64,000 nt of DNA from NCBI RefSeq assembly GCF_037042905.1, contig NC_087251.1, positions 26,228,001-26,292,000 of the forward strand. Direction: 5' to 3'. The stretch is from Lytechinus pictus (lineage: Eukaryota). Below, one piece after another: positions 45,193-60,650 of the stretch. Each line of letters opens with the position of its first letter. Position 1 is the stretch's first letter. The notes beneath the pieces were generated by a model. That model did no database searches. It saw only the letters and a list, made by a program, of their open reading frames with translations, and was not told the origin of the DNA. The position numbers and the translations under genes are program-made.

Positions 45193-48100
45193 TTGACACA
45201 AACATCACCCCCCCCTGAATATATCTATATACCGGTACATATTTTTCCATTAATATTTTTATTTTCTGTCCAATTTTCAAGAAATTTTATCATATGAACA
45301 TTTTTATTTTTAGTAGCTAAAGTAGAAATAGTGTTGTGTTAAGTTTTAACATATTTGTGTAGGCGTATAAGCAACAAACAAATTCATTATTAGCTATTCA
45401 AATTCTGTATGTGGCAAAATTATATTAGTAACATATACAAGTAGAATTAATTTTGATATTTTAGAGGAATTGATAATGTCAGTAATGTAAATCAAAAACA
45501 ACAAAAGCCTGAATACAGGACACTGCATGTTATAGGCATAATATCAGATTTAACATCCATAAAAAGGAGTAAACTGTTTGTGATCAAAAGCTTATTTTCA
45601 AACCAGTCATATGAACACTCCTAACTATGGTTTCTAAGCTTGTCTAGTATACACATGTGGACTGTGGTCAGGTAAATCAAAAACTTAGCTTAGGTCAACC
45701 AAATTAACCAGAGGATTTTGTACCTCTTTCTTTTTCTTTTCTTTTTTAAGGAATTTGTCATGAATACTTCATCAATTATAAATGGCCTAAAACATATTTC
45801 AATATATACTGTATTAAGCAAACCTATGTATAGATTTTAGTTTACAACACAAATTTGATTGAATTTCTACATCAAATCCAATTTGTGAATTTTGGCTAGA
45901 AACACAATTTGCATTAGATTTGTACATTGAAATCAATTCATTAAGCAATTTTGGTTCTGGCATGCACTTACAAAAAAGGTGACTTTAGAACCCTGTTGCC
46001 AATTTTGTCTCACAAGTCACACAAGACTGAAAAAAAGTTATCAATGATGTTGCAGATGCCTTTTTCATCGCAAACATAGTGTGCATAATGTTTGGGGGAT
46101 TCTGCACCCCTTCTCCCCCTTCTCCAGGCCATTTAAGGTTGAGACATATACTTATGTTGCATGATGGTCATTCAATGTACAATATTGCTTGTTGAATTCA
46201 TGTTCAATCTGTAGTGGTTATTCAGTCATTATCATTTGCATTCATCCAAAGTGTCTTTTCACTGATGAGACAGTGCAAACTTATTTCAAGACAGTTTACC
46301 ATCTATATATTTCCTCTCGACTAGTATTTTTTTCCTCGCGACTCGTAAGGCTATGTGTCCTTGCATTGGATATCTATTTATATCTCGGAAACTAAACATA
46401 AATGTACAACACAGAATTTTCGCCACGTATACTTACACTGTAGAATGGGTCTTCCACTTTCTTCTATCAAATCTAAAAATTGATAATTTGACCCCAAAGC
46501 TGACCAATAGCAATGGATGAATGCAAACGATATATGAGTCAAGTCAATATATAAGCATGTCTGTGTTCATTACTCTTGAGAGTTTTTATAGGTGAAATAA
46601 TGTATTGATATACATGACCATATTTTGGGACCTTTTCATTGGTGATTTTTTTTGTAGATTTCTTTTTCGAATTTCCTATACCGGTATACCCAGATGGTAC
46701 AAGTCATGTTTCATTTCTTTTTTTTTATATTCAGAAAAAACATCTAATGCTGCAAATGTGCTTTATATTATTGGTTCATTTTCAACCCATCAAATTTTTT
46801 TGACACTACGAGAAAAACAAACTTGGGGGAGGTTTTTCACAAACAGTTAAATCAGACTAAAAGTCATGCTTAAATGTTAATGCACACCAATTTAAAGTGA
46901 AGTTTCATTGATAATATGCTGTGAAGCATTTCCAGGAGTGTGATCTAATCAGTATATTTATTTTCCACACGTAACTTGGAATTTTTAGTGACTTTTAGTC
47001 ATGTGTATCTTTGTGAAATCCCTCCCTTGTCAGATAGCTTGGACCTGCCCTAGAGTGTTATGATTGTCTGTACTATACTTTGTCTATACTTGCTTTGTAT
47101 TCATGATTTCATTTTTAATTTTATGCCTGAAAAGAATGTAAGACCAGCAGCCCAGAAGATTTATCCAAGTTGGAAGACCATAGCAGTTGACCTCATCGAT
47201 TGATGGAATGAGCCCTTGAACTCACAAACGTGGCTTCTAGTCTGGTTTGAGCTGGGGTCTTCCTGCCAAAATCACACAATTAGTGATGTCACTACCAAGG
47301 GATCTATTTTTTGGTGTGCAGAGAAGGACACTGGACACTGTTGTGCATGGTATACAGCTTCCATAATGTAAGTGCTTTATTTGTGATTTCAGTGATATTT
47401 TGTGTAGCCTAGAGTATGCGAGACAATGCAATAGGTTTTCCAGCAATTATTAATTTGGGGTTAAATTTGTTTTAGAAATATTGGGCAGTAGTATCACCCA
47501 CATTGGGCATTTTATCCATGCTTTTGCCACAATTGCTTTTTGTGAATTAGGACATTTTCTTTAATCTTTTGAATAAAATTATTTTTATGAAAATCTATCA
47601 AAACAATAGGCCTGACGGCAATTTTGATAAATATGATGGGACTTATACCAATACTCATAGCTATTTCTCTTAAAAGAAAATACTGAAACCTTTCTTTCTC
47701 GTTAATGTTACTTCTCCCCATTCCTGTTGATCTTTATTGTTGTCTCACTATTCTCCCTTGTACATCTAGCTATTACCTTATTCTTTAATCCTCTTTCTTC
47801 CTCATTACTCCCCCCCCCTCCTCCCCTCATTTTTCACTTTTCCCTCTCCTTTCACCTTGACAATACTTGCATTATCTGTTGATCCATTAATTGTAGTCTT
47901 TCTTCATATACATCCCTGTACTATCTGTTCTAACTGTCGCTCTAAACTACCTTTGTATCACACTGTTGCAACAAGATATTTTCCGTGACTGATATGATAA
48001 TGTGCTAAGAGGACAGAATTTTTTTAAAGGAAATTTAATACACACTTTGATCTCATTATTCTTTTTTAATAATTGTAAAGCCATAATAGAGTAGTATGAA

Positions 48101-50119
48101 TTATTTTGTGATAAATATATTCCCTTTTCTGTACATGTTAATTTTTGGACAGACTTATTTAAAATTAATTTATTTCAAATTTTATCTGGGTCCTTTCACC
48201 ATAAGCCTCACGTTTGTGATAATACACGTATCCATCATGAAATCACAGAATGTGTAGAGGTTCAATGGCTCCGTTGGAAAGGTACCGTGATGAAGGTAGC
48301 TCTTCAATATCGGTTCATCTGCCAAAAATTTCTATTAACTCAATTTCAGATGTAACAATTCAACCCATTGGTATGAGCATTGTGTGCTTCAATGGTTTTT
48401 CCACAATGAGTAAAATACAATGCTCCTTCAATCAGAGCAATACATATTAGTCAAGAATCTAGTTTTAGAAGTGCAATGTCGAATTTTAATTTCCATCTTG
48501 CCTGTAATTGTCGTTTGCTGTTCAAGCCATTTTACGAGATCCTTGCTGTTGTAATGTTTTTTAGTCAACTCTTATTGATATTTGTATTGGGACTTTTACA
48601 CGCTTGTCAAATTTCATCAATTGAGCAGTTTAACAGAGACAGTTTGAGGACTCGGCATTGATCAGGATCGATCCAGATTGGCACCCCAAATTGGCCCAGT
48701 GAGGGTATTATTTGTATCTGCACACAAGAAGAGAAGAGAGGGTTGCCAACTTTCAGAATTTTGTTTCATTTGCATGTGACATCTTTGTGTTTGACGTTCA
48801 GAAATCTGGCAAATTTGACGATCCTCATCATTCATGTACACCACATTGCGTGCTTCGCAAGTGCGTCCACAAAATGCTTCAAAAATGGTATATTTTCAGT
48901 CTGAATGCTTCATTGATCTTTTCCTGATAAAAGAGGTGTTTTTTTAAATCTTCATTCGATGTTAGGGTATCAAAAATGAAATCCCGTCTTTGATGTTGGG
49001 TATTAAATTGAATCCCATTAGAACATTGAAATGCTGACTTTAATGGAAACCTTCAAAAATTACAGATTTTAATTATCATTGTAATATATTAACATCCATT
49101 TTAAAATGTGGTTACTTGTACGCCATTAGGGGTACAAATTCGGCCAAGTGGTATCTTAAAATACGCCATATGCGGTAAACATTTTATCTTGTATAATCGA
49201 TTGGAAAACGCTGTTCGGGTTCATTTTCATAAGTTTGTGGACACGCTTGGAAGCAAATGGTGTGGTGAGTGTGACTTCCCCCCCCCCCCCCCCCGGGTGT
49301 CTGACCATGAGGAATGGTGTTCTTTTCAGCTTATGCATGATATTTAGAGGTCTTTGATACATCTTGCACGTCACATAATTTTTAAAGCCTTTGTCAACAT
49401 TCCTTTTCTGTGTCTAGGAGCAAACTACTTTTTTTTCTTGGAAGGGAGTTTTTAATACATTTCCTGTGTAGAGGAAATTCATCTAGTTCTTTCAGAAATG
49501 TCCCTAAAAGTGAGGGGAATCATTGGTTTTTTGTGCTCAAGGTACTCCTGCTTACCCTCATCAGTTATATTGGACCTATGGCTTTCACTTAGTTATTCAG
49601 GTTGGTTGAATCTTCCAAGCAAGTATTGGTGATGCCAAACTACAGGGTAATTGATTGTTCATCGACCTTCCATTGAAATGATCCAGAGTGACAACATCTG
49701 CATCCCTTGATCCTGTACCATCTAGAAATCTTTCATGGGAGATTGCAAGTTGTTTGCTGTTTTTTGTGATGACATTCAAACCATATTTGCAGACCATCAT
49801 AGAATCAGTTCCTTCAGTTTGTTCATGGTCCCTCTGATCATGTCTCAAGGAAGTCGAAGCTTCATCACCAGGTCCTGGGGCTTGACATCAGAAGATGCTA
49901 ATCTCTTCATATACCTACCGGTCTACGAGTGGTGCCGTGATCCGCCAGATTTTCAACCTTCTGAACTCTCCAATTTCAGTGTTTCATCAATTGTTGCATC
50001 ATCAGGTTTTTTTCCTTGTAAATTCATATCCTTGTGATGAGAATTGAATTCGTTCACTTGGCTGGATTTTTGTGAGAGAGGTTGCCATGTTGGGGAGGTA
50101 TTTAGTTGATCCAGTTGTC

Positions 50120-50410
50120 TTTCGATTTATTGGTAGATTTTTCCAACTGTCAATGACCCTTTGACTAGAGAAGTGATTTCTTACATCCAGTCTGGAATGA
50201 GTTTTAGACATTTTATTGGGTGTTGCCTGTGAAATTTGACAATGCTTCCACATGCCATCTGGATGCAGTTTGAGAAATTTACTGTGTGCCATCTCAAGGA
50301 ATTTGCTGTTTGACAACTCTTTGGCTAAAGAAATGGATTCTTCCAGTTTTGAACGAGTGTTAGACATTTTATTGGTTGCTGTCTGTGATATTTGACATTG
50401 CACTTCATGA
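50120..50410 (-). mobile_element. CR1 3'-end fragment, tandemly duplicated (~150 bp)
   Basis: SRLDVRNHFSSQRVIDSWKNLP plus a paralogous upstream copy (CQISQ.T.NKMS occurs twice). Confidence 0.65.
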
Positions 50411-53400
50411 CTAGGATACAAGCATTGTATTGTAATGACTGGTAGGGGGTTATAAACCATTGTGGGAAATAAAGTGCACTTTCTCAGGATGGGCCTATGT
50501 TGAGGGTCCAACCTATTAGATCTAGATTCACATACCTTGCCAGCGCCACTTCTTTTCGCCTTATCTCTCAGAGTTGTGTGGTGGAGTGATGGATACAATA
50601 CAGGGGCCTCAACTTGGGGTGGGGGGCCTTTTTTTTTAATGTGTAAAAAATTGAAAAATGACCATCTCATGATTTTTTTGCATGGTCAGCCCCCCACTTT
50701 CAAAACCGTGGCGAAACTGTAGTATAAAAACACAAAAATTTGGTTCCTTTATGATGGTGAATGAATGAATGACCTTCACAGAAAAAAAACCCCAAAACAA
50801 GGTATTCTTTTTCTTATTTGCATATATCTAAATATTTGAACATTGCAGTGTTCAGTTCATAGGAACACAAATGAATTATGTACAGAAAAGGGTATATTTC
50901 CAAAATTGAAATATATTTCATATGCTCATTAAAAAAAAAAAAAAAAACACTACCCCAAAAAAAAATAAAAGTAAATATTAAAAGTTAATGATTAAATGTT
51001 TATGTAAATAAATAAACAAAATAAGAAATAAATAGTGATAAAATGAGATAAAATTTTAAAGAATTATAATAGATAACAAATTTGTTAAAAAAATCAAGCA
51101 AAACAAAAGATGGCACATCCAAATAAATTTTGAATATTATACTAAAAAAAATAATTTTATTTTTTTTAAGCTGCAACTCAAAGAAGAGTTATTATCAATT
51201 ATTTAGAACATAGTAATATCAGTCATGGATAATAAATGTTGAAATGATGTGAAATGATGGAAGATTGACAGATATAGGGAGCATTTCATGAAGAGTTTTT
51301 TCAGTGATTATCACAGACTAATTTACTCTCAGCCAATCACATGCAAGAATTTTGTCCATGAAAATCAATGGAAAAAATATTCATGAAATGGTTTCTTGGA
51401 TGGATAGTACAGGAAGTTGTGGAGAGAGAGCACAATTAGTGGATTAACTGCTAAACTTGTAAAAAGGAGAAGAAAGGTGGGAATAGAGGGGAGGGGAAGA
51501 TGGTAGTGAGGAAGGGAGCAGATTAAAGGAAATAAGGTGGTGGCTTTGTTCAAGGATGAATACAAAGACTACAGAGGAGATTAACAGGCTAATTCATATG
51601 GTATGGAGGATAGGGTGGGGTAAGACAAGGGGTTGGGGTAAGACTAGGAGGTGGGATAAGTAAGATAAGAGGGTGGGGTAAGACAAGAAGGTGAGGAAAG
51701 TCACCCCCCCCCCCCCCATTCAATTGTTGCCCTTAGTAATGTTATACTAAGTCATTGCATTGTCTTGCATACTTATGGCTATACAAAGTATCATTGAACT
51801 TGAAATAAAGCACCTGCATTAAAGATGCGGTATACCATGCATGATGGTGTCCAGTGTTCCACTCAGTTCACTTAAAAATAGGACTATTGGTAATGGTGTC
51901 ACAGTTTAGTGATTTTGGTGAGAAGACCCCAGCTCAGATCAGGCTGGAGGTCATTTTGTGAGGGTTAGGGTTTGTTCCATTCAATCAAGGGGTCAGTTGC
52001 TATGGTGATATGACTTGGATGAATCTTCTGGGCTGCTGGTCATTTTTTTTTGGTTCGTTTTTTCTTTGAGAGAATATCCAATAAATCACTTGGAAAATGA
52101 ACATTCTTGCCTTATTGTTTTTTTTTGGTATATTTCTATGTCTTGCCTTATTGTTTTGCTTGTTTGTACACATAGTGTGTCTGTCCCATTTTTATCCATG
52201 GTGATGTCCCCTACCCCCTGCCCCCCCCCTCTTTATTTTTTGCAAGCCAAAACCGACGTTCCTGATATCTGCTCTTGAATTTGTCACCAGTCGCGGATCC
52301 AGGTGGGAGCACTGCCCCCCCCCCCCCCATCCTTTATATTTTGATAATCTCCCATTGGACATAGGCCTGCATGTATATAGCTAAATCTAGGATAGTTTTT
52401 GTTCGAGCCCCTTTATGATGAAATGTGCTCTTTGTGCCCCCTCTATTTTTAAATCCTGGATCCGCCACTGGTCATGGTACTATACAGATTACAGAGTGTA
52501 AAAGGTAGTCCAAATTTAGAAGGTTGACATGCATCATTGTACAATTTTTTTTTCAGGTACAAGGCCAAGATGAAACTTGATGCCTTGATATTTTTTTATA
52601 TTTTAAAAATTTTATATCATCAACCCTCATTATTTCAATTACCTTTTTGTTTCATTTGAAGCATGCAAAAAATATTTCAAGGTGGACATTGGTGAAATGT
52701 TAAACCTTGATCATTTCAGCTTATACTTCAAGAACGTCATATTTTGGCTTGCAGCAATTAAGCCCGCCACACTCTACACAATCTGATACAATTTTATGAA
52801 AGTTCTAAAGTAGTAAAATTATTTTCTTTGAAGTTTGGTATAATGCTGGGAATATTAAAATTAGAATTCAGCTTTACCGCAAGCCTTGTGGTTGGCATAA
52901 GAATTTGCTTTTATCTCCACAGGGAGGCTCAAAATAGAATGGAATTTCAATTTTCATACAACTTAATAAGATTTTGATATAGGTTGGAATGTACATTAAA
53001 TGGTATTACAAGTGCTTTGAAAATCAGATTTGCACTGGGTCAGATTGTGTAGTGTGCATCAGGCTTAAGATTCAAAGCCACCCCATCCCGTCCCATCCAG
53101 ATTGTATACCGGGTAAACTGTTGCAATGTGGATTGAAATTTCTGGCACTTTTCCTCTTTTCAAAACACAATTTATAATGCCATGACAACCAATATTGCAT
53201 TATTCTATTATTTTGATATGAAATAATTCAATATCCACTCAAATGAAAGTAAGCTTGGCTAGTTCCAAAGTTTTTTCCAAATTCATAGTGAATACCACAA
53301 TAACAATGCACTTTGCAACATTCCAGGTATAACTTATTTCAAATAGGGGATATTTCATTTAACAAGAGTGAACTTCACCAAGTGATCATTATTTTTTTAA

Positions 53401-55839
53401 TTTTCATCTTGATATTCCTACAATGTGCTGTAAATTTTGCAGCACATTTCAATTTTTATTTATGAATAATAATGCATTTAGATATGCAATACATAAATAA
53501 TACAAGAAATTATTTTTACCAAAAAAATTTCAAATTGGCAATTGGAAGTTTGTTCATTTATTGGCTGAATTGATTGTTGGGCCAGGTTTATTGATGTGAA
53601 CACGTGTTTCATGAAGTTCACTCTTTTTTCCAGGGTGAAAATACATACATAAAGGGGCTTTCAAAATTGGTCGTTTGACTGTGAGCACAGCCATTATATA
53701 AAACAACCAAGAGTGAAAGTCCCTTTAGAGAGTGATCATCATCTTCTTTGCTCATACTAGTTCAAAGAAGAATCAAACAAAGAGGGGGGGGGTGGAGAGA
53801 GGGGAGGGAGAGGAGGGGTAAGAGGGACTGATAGAAAGAGAGAGAAAAATGTTAGAGTGCAAAGAAGAGGTGGGAGAGAGACAAAAAGAGAGAAAGGCGT
53901 GAGGAACGGGCAAAAATGAGGTTGTCAGAGACGCGTGCATCGCATGATGAGATTGTTTGACAAGGGAGAAATCAATTTGGTTGGGTGTGATTTTAGGCTA
54001 TAGTGATAGATCAACATCGATCAGAGGAGAACATTTATGAATTGATAATAAAAAAGGTGGAGGATTACTGAAAAGTTGTAATGCAAAATCCGTAATCAAC
54101 GAGGAAGGAGATGCTTTTAAGATAACCCGGATGTGAAGAGGGTGAGGTATTGATAACTTTATTTTTATTTTTAAACAATAAAGTTTGAATTAGAAATCCA
54201 TAACAGATAGAGTAAATAAATATCTGTTAAATTATTGTTTATGAAGGGTTAATAGGAAAGATCACCCTTTAAAAGGAAGAGAAAGGGTGCATTTTTAATT
54301 GGATAAAAGGGAAAGTGGGAGTTTTACAAAGAAGGAGTGTTGAAAGTATGAATGCAAATTAACAGAAACAAGCAGAGAAAAGGAAGTAGAGAAACGGAGG
54401 AATATATAGGAATATGATTCAAGTGAAATATTAAGCAATGTTGAAGAAAATGGGAAAAAGTGAGATAGAGATGAGGGAGGGAGAGATAAAGAAGAGGGAG
54501 GGAGAGATAAAGAAGAGGGGGTGAGAGACGCACAAGTTTTATGTAAAGCCTGTACGATAATAAATAGAAGTAGCCAAATGGAGGTGTAACAAGGTCATTT
54601 AATTGAATACATGTATGAATGGATAAATAAATGAATGAATGAGGTAGTAACTAGGCAATATTCATTCATTCATCCATTCACCCATGCATTCATTCAATCG
54701 TTCATTTAATCATTTCATTTCTACAAGGTTCAACAGATTACACAGCAAAATTGTGACCCAATAGTTGTAACAAATACAAACAAGAGAAAAAAAATTACTA
54801 CACAATCATGTACAACCGTTCTTAAAACGATGCCAAGAGGCGTCGATCAATGAGTCGGATTGGGGCAGAAAAATTGACAATTTTGTGTATAATAATATTT
54901 TATATTGCTTTCTAATGATTTTTAATACTTATTGGCACTGCATTATTTTGTAAATTTCTCAAGTTGTCAAAATTATCTGGGGAAGAACGATATGTTTGCC
55001 CCCCATATGTTCATTGGGGCCGATCACATCGCCTCAACCACCCGGATCGACACCTCTGTAATGGCACCCAAAGTAAGATATTCTTTGATTTAAAGAAAAT
55101 ATATAACTAAAGTATAGCCAAGATCAGGGAGCAACTCTTGTATCAGGACCAGAAGTCTATGGGATCTGTTGTTCCATCAGGAAGCAACTTTTGTTCGGGT
55201 TTCTCGTAGGTTGGTTATGTAAAAATTGTAAAATAGGGATTAAAAAACACTTTTGGTTATTAAACATTTGCACTTCAGACTGTGTCTTTTGAGATTTAAT
55301 GTCACTAGAAAATTATATAACATTTTTAGTATCATTTCATGCCATCACGCAGTTCATTTAGTTTCATTTCAGTAGGTTAAAATTTGACCCGAATGGCAAT
55401 ACAGTGGTTATGTAAAAAAGACACATTTTTTAATTGAAGTAAATGTAAATTTCTCTAATTTTCAGAAACGACCAAGAAATCTTCCAAATACGGTCAAAAT
55501 GTGTGTATTAAGTTTAATATGCTTACAAATTCATTTTTGTAGCTCTACAATGTGTCTGTCACATAATTATGTATACCACACATCATTGTGTTGCTATACA
55601 ATGATAACCGATATAGCTTACTTTAGGATATCGCAAAGTATAAACTATTGTGTATTTATGAACAATATGAGATAAATGAAGTTACTCTACATCGCCTTTT
55701 TTGGAGGGAAGGGGCAAGTGCACCTTAATATTGGCGTTATACCGTGTCTACATCACTTTAAAGGGGTACTCTGGGCTGAAATAATTATATCTAAATGAAC
55801 AAATTAAGATTCACGAAACAAAAATTATTATCGAAATTT

Positions 55840-56110
55840 CTCTGGGCACCGAAAGTGCCTCCGGATTATTATTTTGCAAACCATAAACTTGGTTACTATA
55901 CCAAAACATGGTCAAAGTCCATTGACCCTAAATGACCTTTTACCTTCATCCTATGACGTGAAACTTATTTAAGATGATCAGTGATATCTTGATTGCCTTT
56001 ATGTTCAAGTTTCATGAAATAGGTCCTTTTACATTAATGATGTTTCAAAAACTTGACCTTAATGTTGACGACGCCGCTGGAAAAGCGGCGCCTATCTCTC
56101 GTTGACAAAA
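55840..56110 (-). mobile_element. Diverged HINE-like element in the opposite orientation
   Basis: ttgacgacgccgctggaaaagcggcgcctat...gacaaaaa is the reverse complement of the 5' end of 33565ff; contains tgacc repeats. Confidence 0.65.
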
Positions 56111-56505
56111 ATACACTTTAATTAAATAGTAGAGATGATAAAAATAATAACAAACATTTTCCATAGCAAATTATCTAACCTTTACGTTACAAGTGTTGTA
56201 AAATCTTATGAGATCCTGAAAAGAAGGGGGACGCTTCATTTTGATGCATTTACATTTTGTATCACAAAACTTCTCATTTTTCATCTTTACCCTTTTTTTT
56301 CTTTCTTTTGCAGTTTCTACACCCTATAAAATTGCTGCTCTTGGTTAACATCTGTATTGAATGTTTTACCTTTCTATACCTCAAATGTGCCGATGAAATA
56401 AATGTAGTTTTAGAACAAGGGTGTGAAACTTTTAGAAGATCGGCGAGATTTTGATATGAAATCATGCAATGAAGGAAGCAATCAAACTATAGAAAACATT
56501 GCTAT

Positions 56506-56900
56506 TTAAAGTCTCAAAAGACCACTGAATGCATAATGATGAAAAATTAATCAAGTTGGATGTAAAATTAGGAGGTTCTTATATTTTAAATTTCGCTTGA
56601 TTTCACAATTCTATATCCTCATTTAATGTGAAACGTGAAAATGGCATTTTGTAACCTCTGATCAACTGGATTTATCATCATTTTCTATTCTGCAAAGATT
56701 GAAATATTTTTTTTAAAAGAGGGTGAGTGTGTGACAGCATCGACTCTCTCATTTGCACATCACTGTGATGTTTTTTGTGTAAAATAAGCGTAATTTTAAA
56801 ATGTCATTACTTTCTTATTTTACATCCGATTTTGCTGATTTTTTTAAAGCATTATGTTGGTTCGATTTTCCTCTATTATTTATTCAAAATAACTCGACCT
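56506..56900. mobile_element. Diverged copy of the 2168-2760 TTAA MITE
   Basis: ttttacatccgattttg...tattcaaa...gacctttaa right arm. Confidence 0.65.
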
Positions 56901-58291
56901 TTAACATGAACATTTCCTTCATGTAACGTATGGGTCCTCGGGCTTGAGCCGCCGAAGACCATCCACTGGATCCTTGATCACCCCTCACCATGATACATCA
57001 GGTAAACTTTACAATCATGGTATCGGCTTGGTATATTCGTCAACCCAAGTCAATTATCCACATTCCCCTCCCTTTCATGGTAAAACTGCGTCTTCATAAC
57101 CACACGCGGATGCTTTCCAAGTAGCATCCTCTCATATACCTGACCGTCATTACATCCTGATGAAAACCTTCATCGCTATTCGCTGGCCGGCACTTGCATT
57201 AGGTGACAGTCCCTGGGTGACAGTATTCAATGAAGTAGAAGTCCTGGTCAACACCATTTTAATTCTTGAGCTGATGGATGGATAAAAAAGGAAAGAAGTG
57301 AAACAAGTCTTATACATATACGTTCCGTTTCTCTTCCAACATAACAGACCTTTAGCCCACTTCACAATGAGTTGTGCCTATCTGGTAACTTTTTCATTAT
57401 GGCAACTACCATGGTAACAGGGGTCAGCAGCCAATCACAATCAAGGTTTCCATTGTAATAAAAACAATAGTAAATACGTCAAAGTCATAACTCTGATTTT
57501 TTAAATCTGGGAATAACCACAAAGGAATGGCTTCCAATCGACCTGACCCGCCATTTTTCTTTGTCTCCTATCAATTTAATTGACCCCTGCAATCCAATTC
57601 ATAATGATGCACAGTTCTGAATTCAAATCATTAATGTATATTGATATTTTTTCCACAAAATTGTGAATCTAGGAGCCTAAAGGCCCGTGCATTTTCTTGT
57701 ACAAAATAAATACATTAGGAAGGGAAATAAATATTGTAAGATATTTATGTGGATCCAGGGGGCCGAAACCGATGTGGCCCCCTATTGACGTTGCCCCCCA
57801 AAAAAAGGAGAAAGGCGCGATAGAAGAGAAAATGAAGACATGGAAAAAGAAAAAAAAGGAAGGAAGTGATAAAGAAAAGAGGAAGAAACAAATAAAATCG
57901 GGAAAAATTAAGAAAATTAGGAGAGTTACCAAATAGCAAACCTTTCTGGTCACTTTATCAAATTAAAGGATTGCTTTACCTGTTATGTTCAATGAGATAC
58001 ATTATCATATTTACGGAGATTAGATGGCACTCAAAATACCGTTTGAAGTAAAAAATAAAAAAATCTGTTCGCGCTTCAAGCTGTAATTATATTTTGAACA
58101 ATGTCTATGATAACAAAAACTTACTTAAAATGTCCCCTTTTTTATTTAATATAAAACATTGAAGCTCGCTCTGCGCGCTCGCATTTTGTTAAGGGAGACC
58201 TATCCTTATAATGAATTCTTAGATTTAAAAACTCTTTTTCATGTCACGATATAAAAATATCTCACAGACCTACTGTTCACCCTTCACAAGA

Positions 58292-58350
58292 GTGTGTGTG
58301 GGTGGTGGTGTGTGTGTGGGTGTGTGAGAGGGTGTGTGTGTGTGTGTGTG
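58292..58350. repeat. (GT)n microsatellite
   Basis: Directly visible. Confidence 0.9.
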
Positions 58351-58539
58351 AGATACATGCCTCAGACAAGACAACTTCAAACTGATGGGACATTTTTTTT
58401 CTGGCTCACTCTAAATAGGCACACATAATGTGAGACTTTCATAAAATTAGCATATAGGCCTAGTAATTTTTAATTTCCGAAATAATTATCAAAGATTTCA
58501 TTCGCAACAACACTTGCAATAACTTTGCATCATTCTTGG

Positions 58540-60365
58540 GTAAAAGTTGTCCCTATACAGCTCATTTTTATTTTACCTATTACAGAAAAAGAAATAATTA
58601 ATATTGTTTTGTCTTTAAAAAATGGGAAAGCTCCTGGTTTTGACTCTATTGATTGTACTGTTGTTAAAAGAGTCATGTTATTTCTAAACCATTTTGCAGT
58701 ATTTTTAATTTAAGTATTGAAAAGGGTATTGTACCTCAAGGTCTGAAAGTTGCTAAAGTTATTCCTATACATAAAAAGGGACCAAATGATTTATGTATAA
58801 ATTATAGACCCATTTCCTTACTACCACCGTTTTCGAAATTTTTTGAAAGATGCATCTATACACGACTTCAAAAGTTTCTTATTAAAAACAAAATTCTTTA
58901 TAATAAACAGTTTGGTTTCAGAGCTGGACATTCCACTAATCATGCTATCTTAGATTTTTTTTAATGAATGTATAAAAAGCAATTGAAAACAAAGATATTA
59001 TTATTGGACTGTTCTTAGAATTAAAAAAAGCATTCGACTCCATAAATCACAAAATACTTAAAAAAAACTTTTTCATTATGGAATCCGTGGTGTTACTTTA
59101 AAATTATATCATTGTTATTTGAGTATAGCCGCAAACAATTTACAGTGTACAATTCTAAAAACTCTGATTATCAAACTATTTCTTGCGGTATTCCGCAAGG
59201 ATCAATTCTCGGTGCCATACTTTTTTGATTTACATCAATGATTTAAATTCAGTATATCCACTATTAAATTGTTTATTTGCAGACGACAGCAATATATAGA
59301 ATAAACACAGTGATGTAGAATGTCTTACTCAAAACTTTAATTGTGAACTTCCAAAGGTTAGCAAATGGGTTGAAGCGAATAAATTACAACTTAATTCTGA
59401 AATGACCCAAGTGATGCTTTTCAAATCTCCGAAAATTAGTGCAAATAAAATAAATATATATTTTAATGGCAACTTAATTCAACATGCAAAAACTACACAT
59501 TTTTTAGGAATTAGTATAGATAAGGATTTAAAATGGAAGACACAATTATGAGGTCTTAATGAAAGTTTCCAAAAATAATACGAATAATGAGTAAACTTAA
59601 AGACATTTTACCACAAAATGTTCTTCTTACATTGTATAATTCATTGATTTTACCTTACATATCTTATTGCAATATTATTTGGGGATTCTGCAAGCAACAC
59701 TCCGCACTGAATCGTACCTTTCTTCTTCAAAAGAGACAAGTTCGTATAATGTATGCCATAAATCCTTTTTAAGTCATAGCAGACCCCTTTTCTTAAATTT
59801 AAATATACTCCCAATTTCTTTACTACATGTTTTTCAATTATCTGTTTTAATGTATTCCTATTATAACAACCTTTTGCCTGATAATTTTGACTATATTTTT
59901 CAAACCAATAGAGATATACATAGATATAATACTAGAAATTCAGCAGATACTCGTGCAATATTATGGTCATTAGTCTTTCTCAAACAACATATTTTTATGT
60001 AGGTCCCATTATTTGGAATATTTTGACACCCTAAAAATATTAAACAGTGCAAAACTCTTCAAAGCTTTGAAGGCATTTTAAAATCCATTTAATGCAGAAA
60101 GCCTAATAGTAATACTGATATAGATACAATTGTATACATGTTATGTTTGTTTGTTCTGATTTCCTGACTGCATTTGTTTTTTAATTGTGTTGTTTTGTGT
60201 TAATTTCAGGATCGCTAATTTATAATTTCTTTGTAACTTTTCAGTGATCCTTCCACTATTCTTAAATATACTCACTTGTGTTATAATGTATTTTATTGAA
60301 ATATTTCTTGATTTGTATGTTTTTTTAATGAAGATTGTGGTAAATACAGTTTCAATTTCATTCAA
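58540..60365 (+). mobile_element. Decayed 5'-truncated CR1-group (Crack/Daphne/L2-like) LINE with RT domain
   Basis: EKEIINIVLSLKNGKAPGFD, AKVIPIHKKG...NYRPISLL, QFGFR, AFDSINH, CGIPQGSILG, LFADD and LYNSLILPYISYCNIIWG; many frameshifts. Confidence 0.9.
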
Positions 60366-60561
60366 AATGCATTGACTGGCACATTAATTTTGTTTAATAC
60401 ATTCAAATGGATAACGACCCTGAAGTCAAATTTGTTTTCGCATAAAAGAACATGAGTGATTTGTAACAACTTATATTCTGTGACATCACATATGCAAACA
60501 ATTTTCCCATGACTGTCATGTAATCATAAACATAAATAATCTGCCCATTATAGCTTTTTCC

Positions 60562-60650
60562 TAGCCTTGAGGACTCCATGATGATATTTTTTAATATTTT
60601 GACATATATATGTCAACATATTAAAAAATATCATGGAGTCCTCAAGGCTA
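60562..60650. mobile_element. 89-bp palindromic MITE with TAG...CTA termini and 9-bp TSD
   Basis: gctttttcc|TAGCCTTGAGGACTCCATGAT ... ATCATGGAGTCCTCAAGGCTA|gctttttcc. Confidence 0.85.

Noticed and set aside
44073..47052. 3-kb hAT-like element defined by a 20-bp inverted pair TAG(A/G)GCAGGTCCAAGCTATC
   Set aside because: No TSD and no transposase relic seen, so its boundaries cannot be supported; possibly real but old
50002..50670. 222-aa ORF as a gene
   Set aside because: Chance read-through of a GC-rich repeat and duplicated CR1 3' fragments
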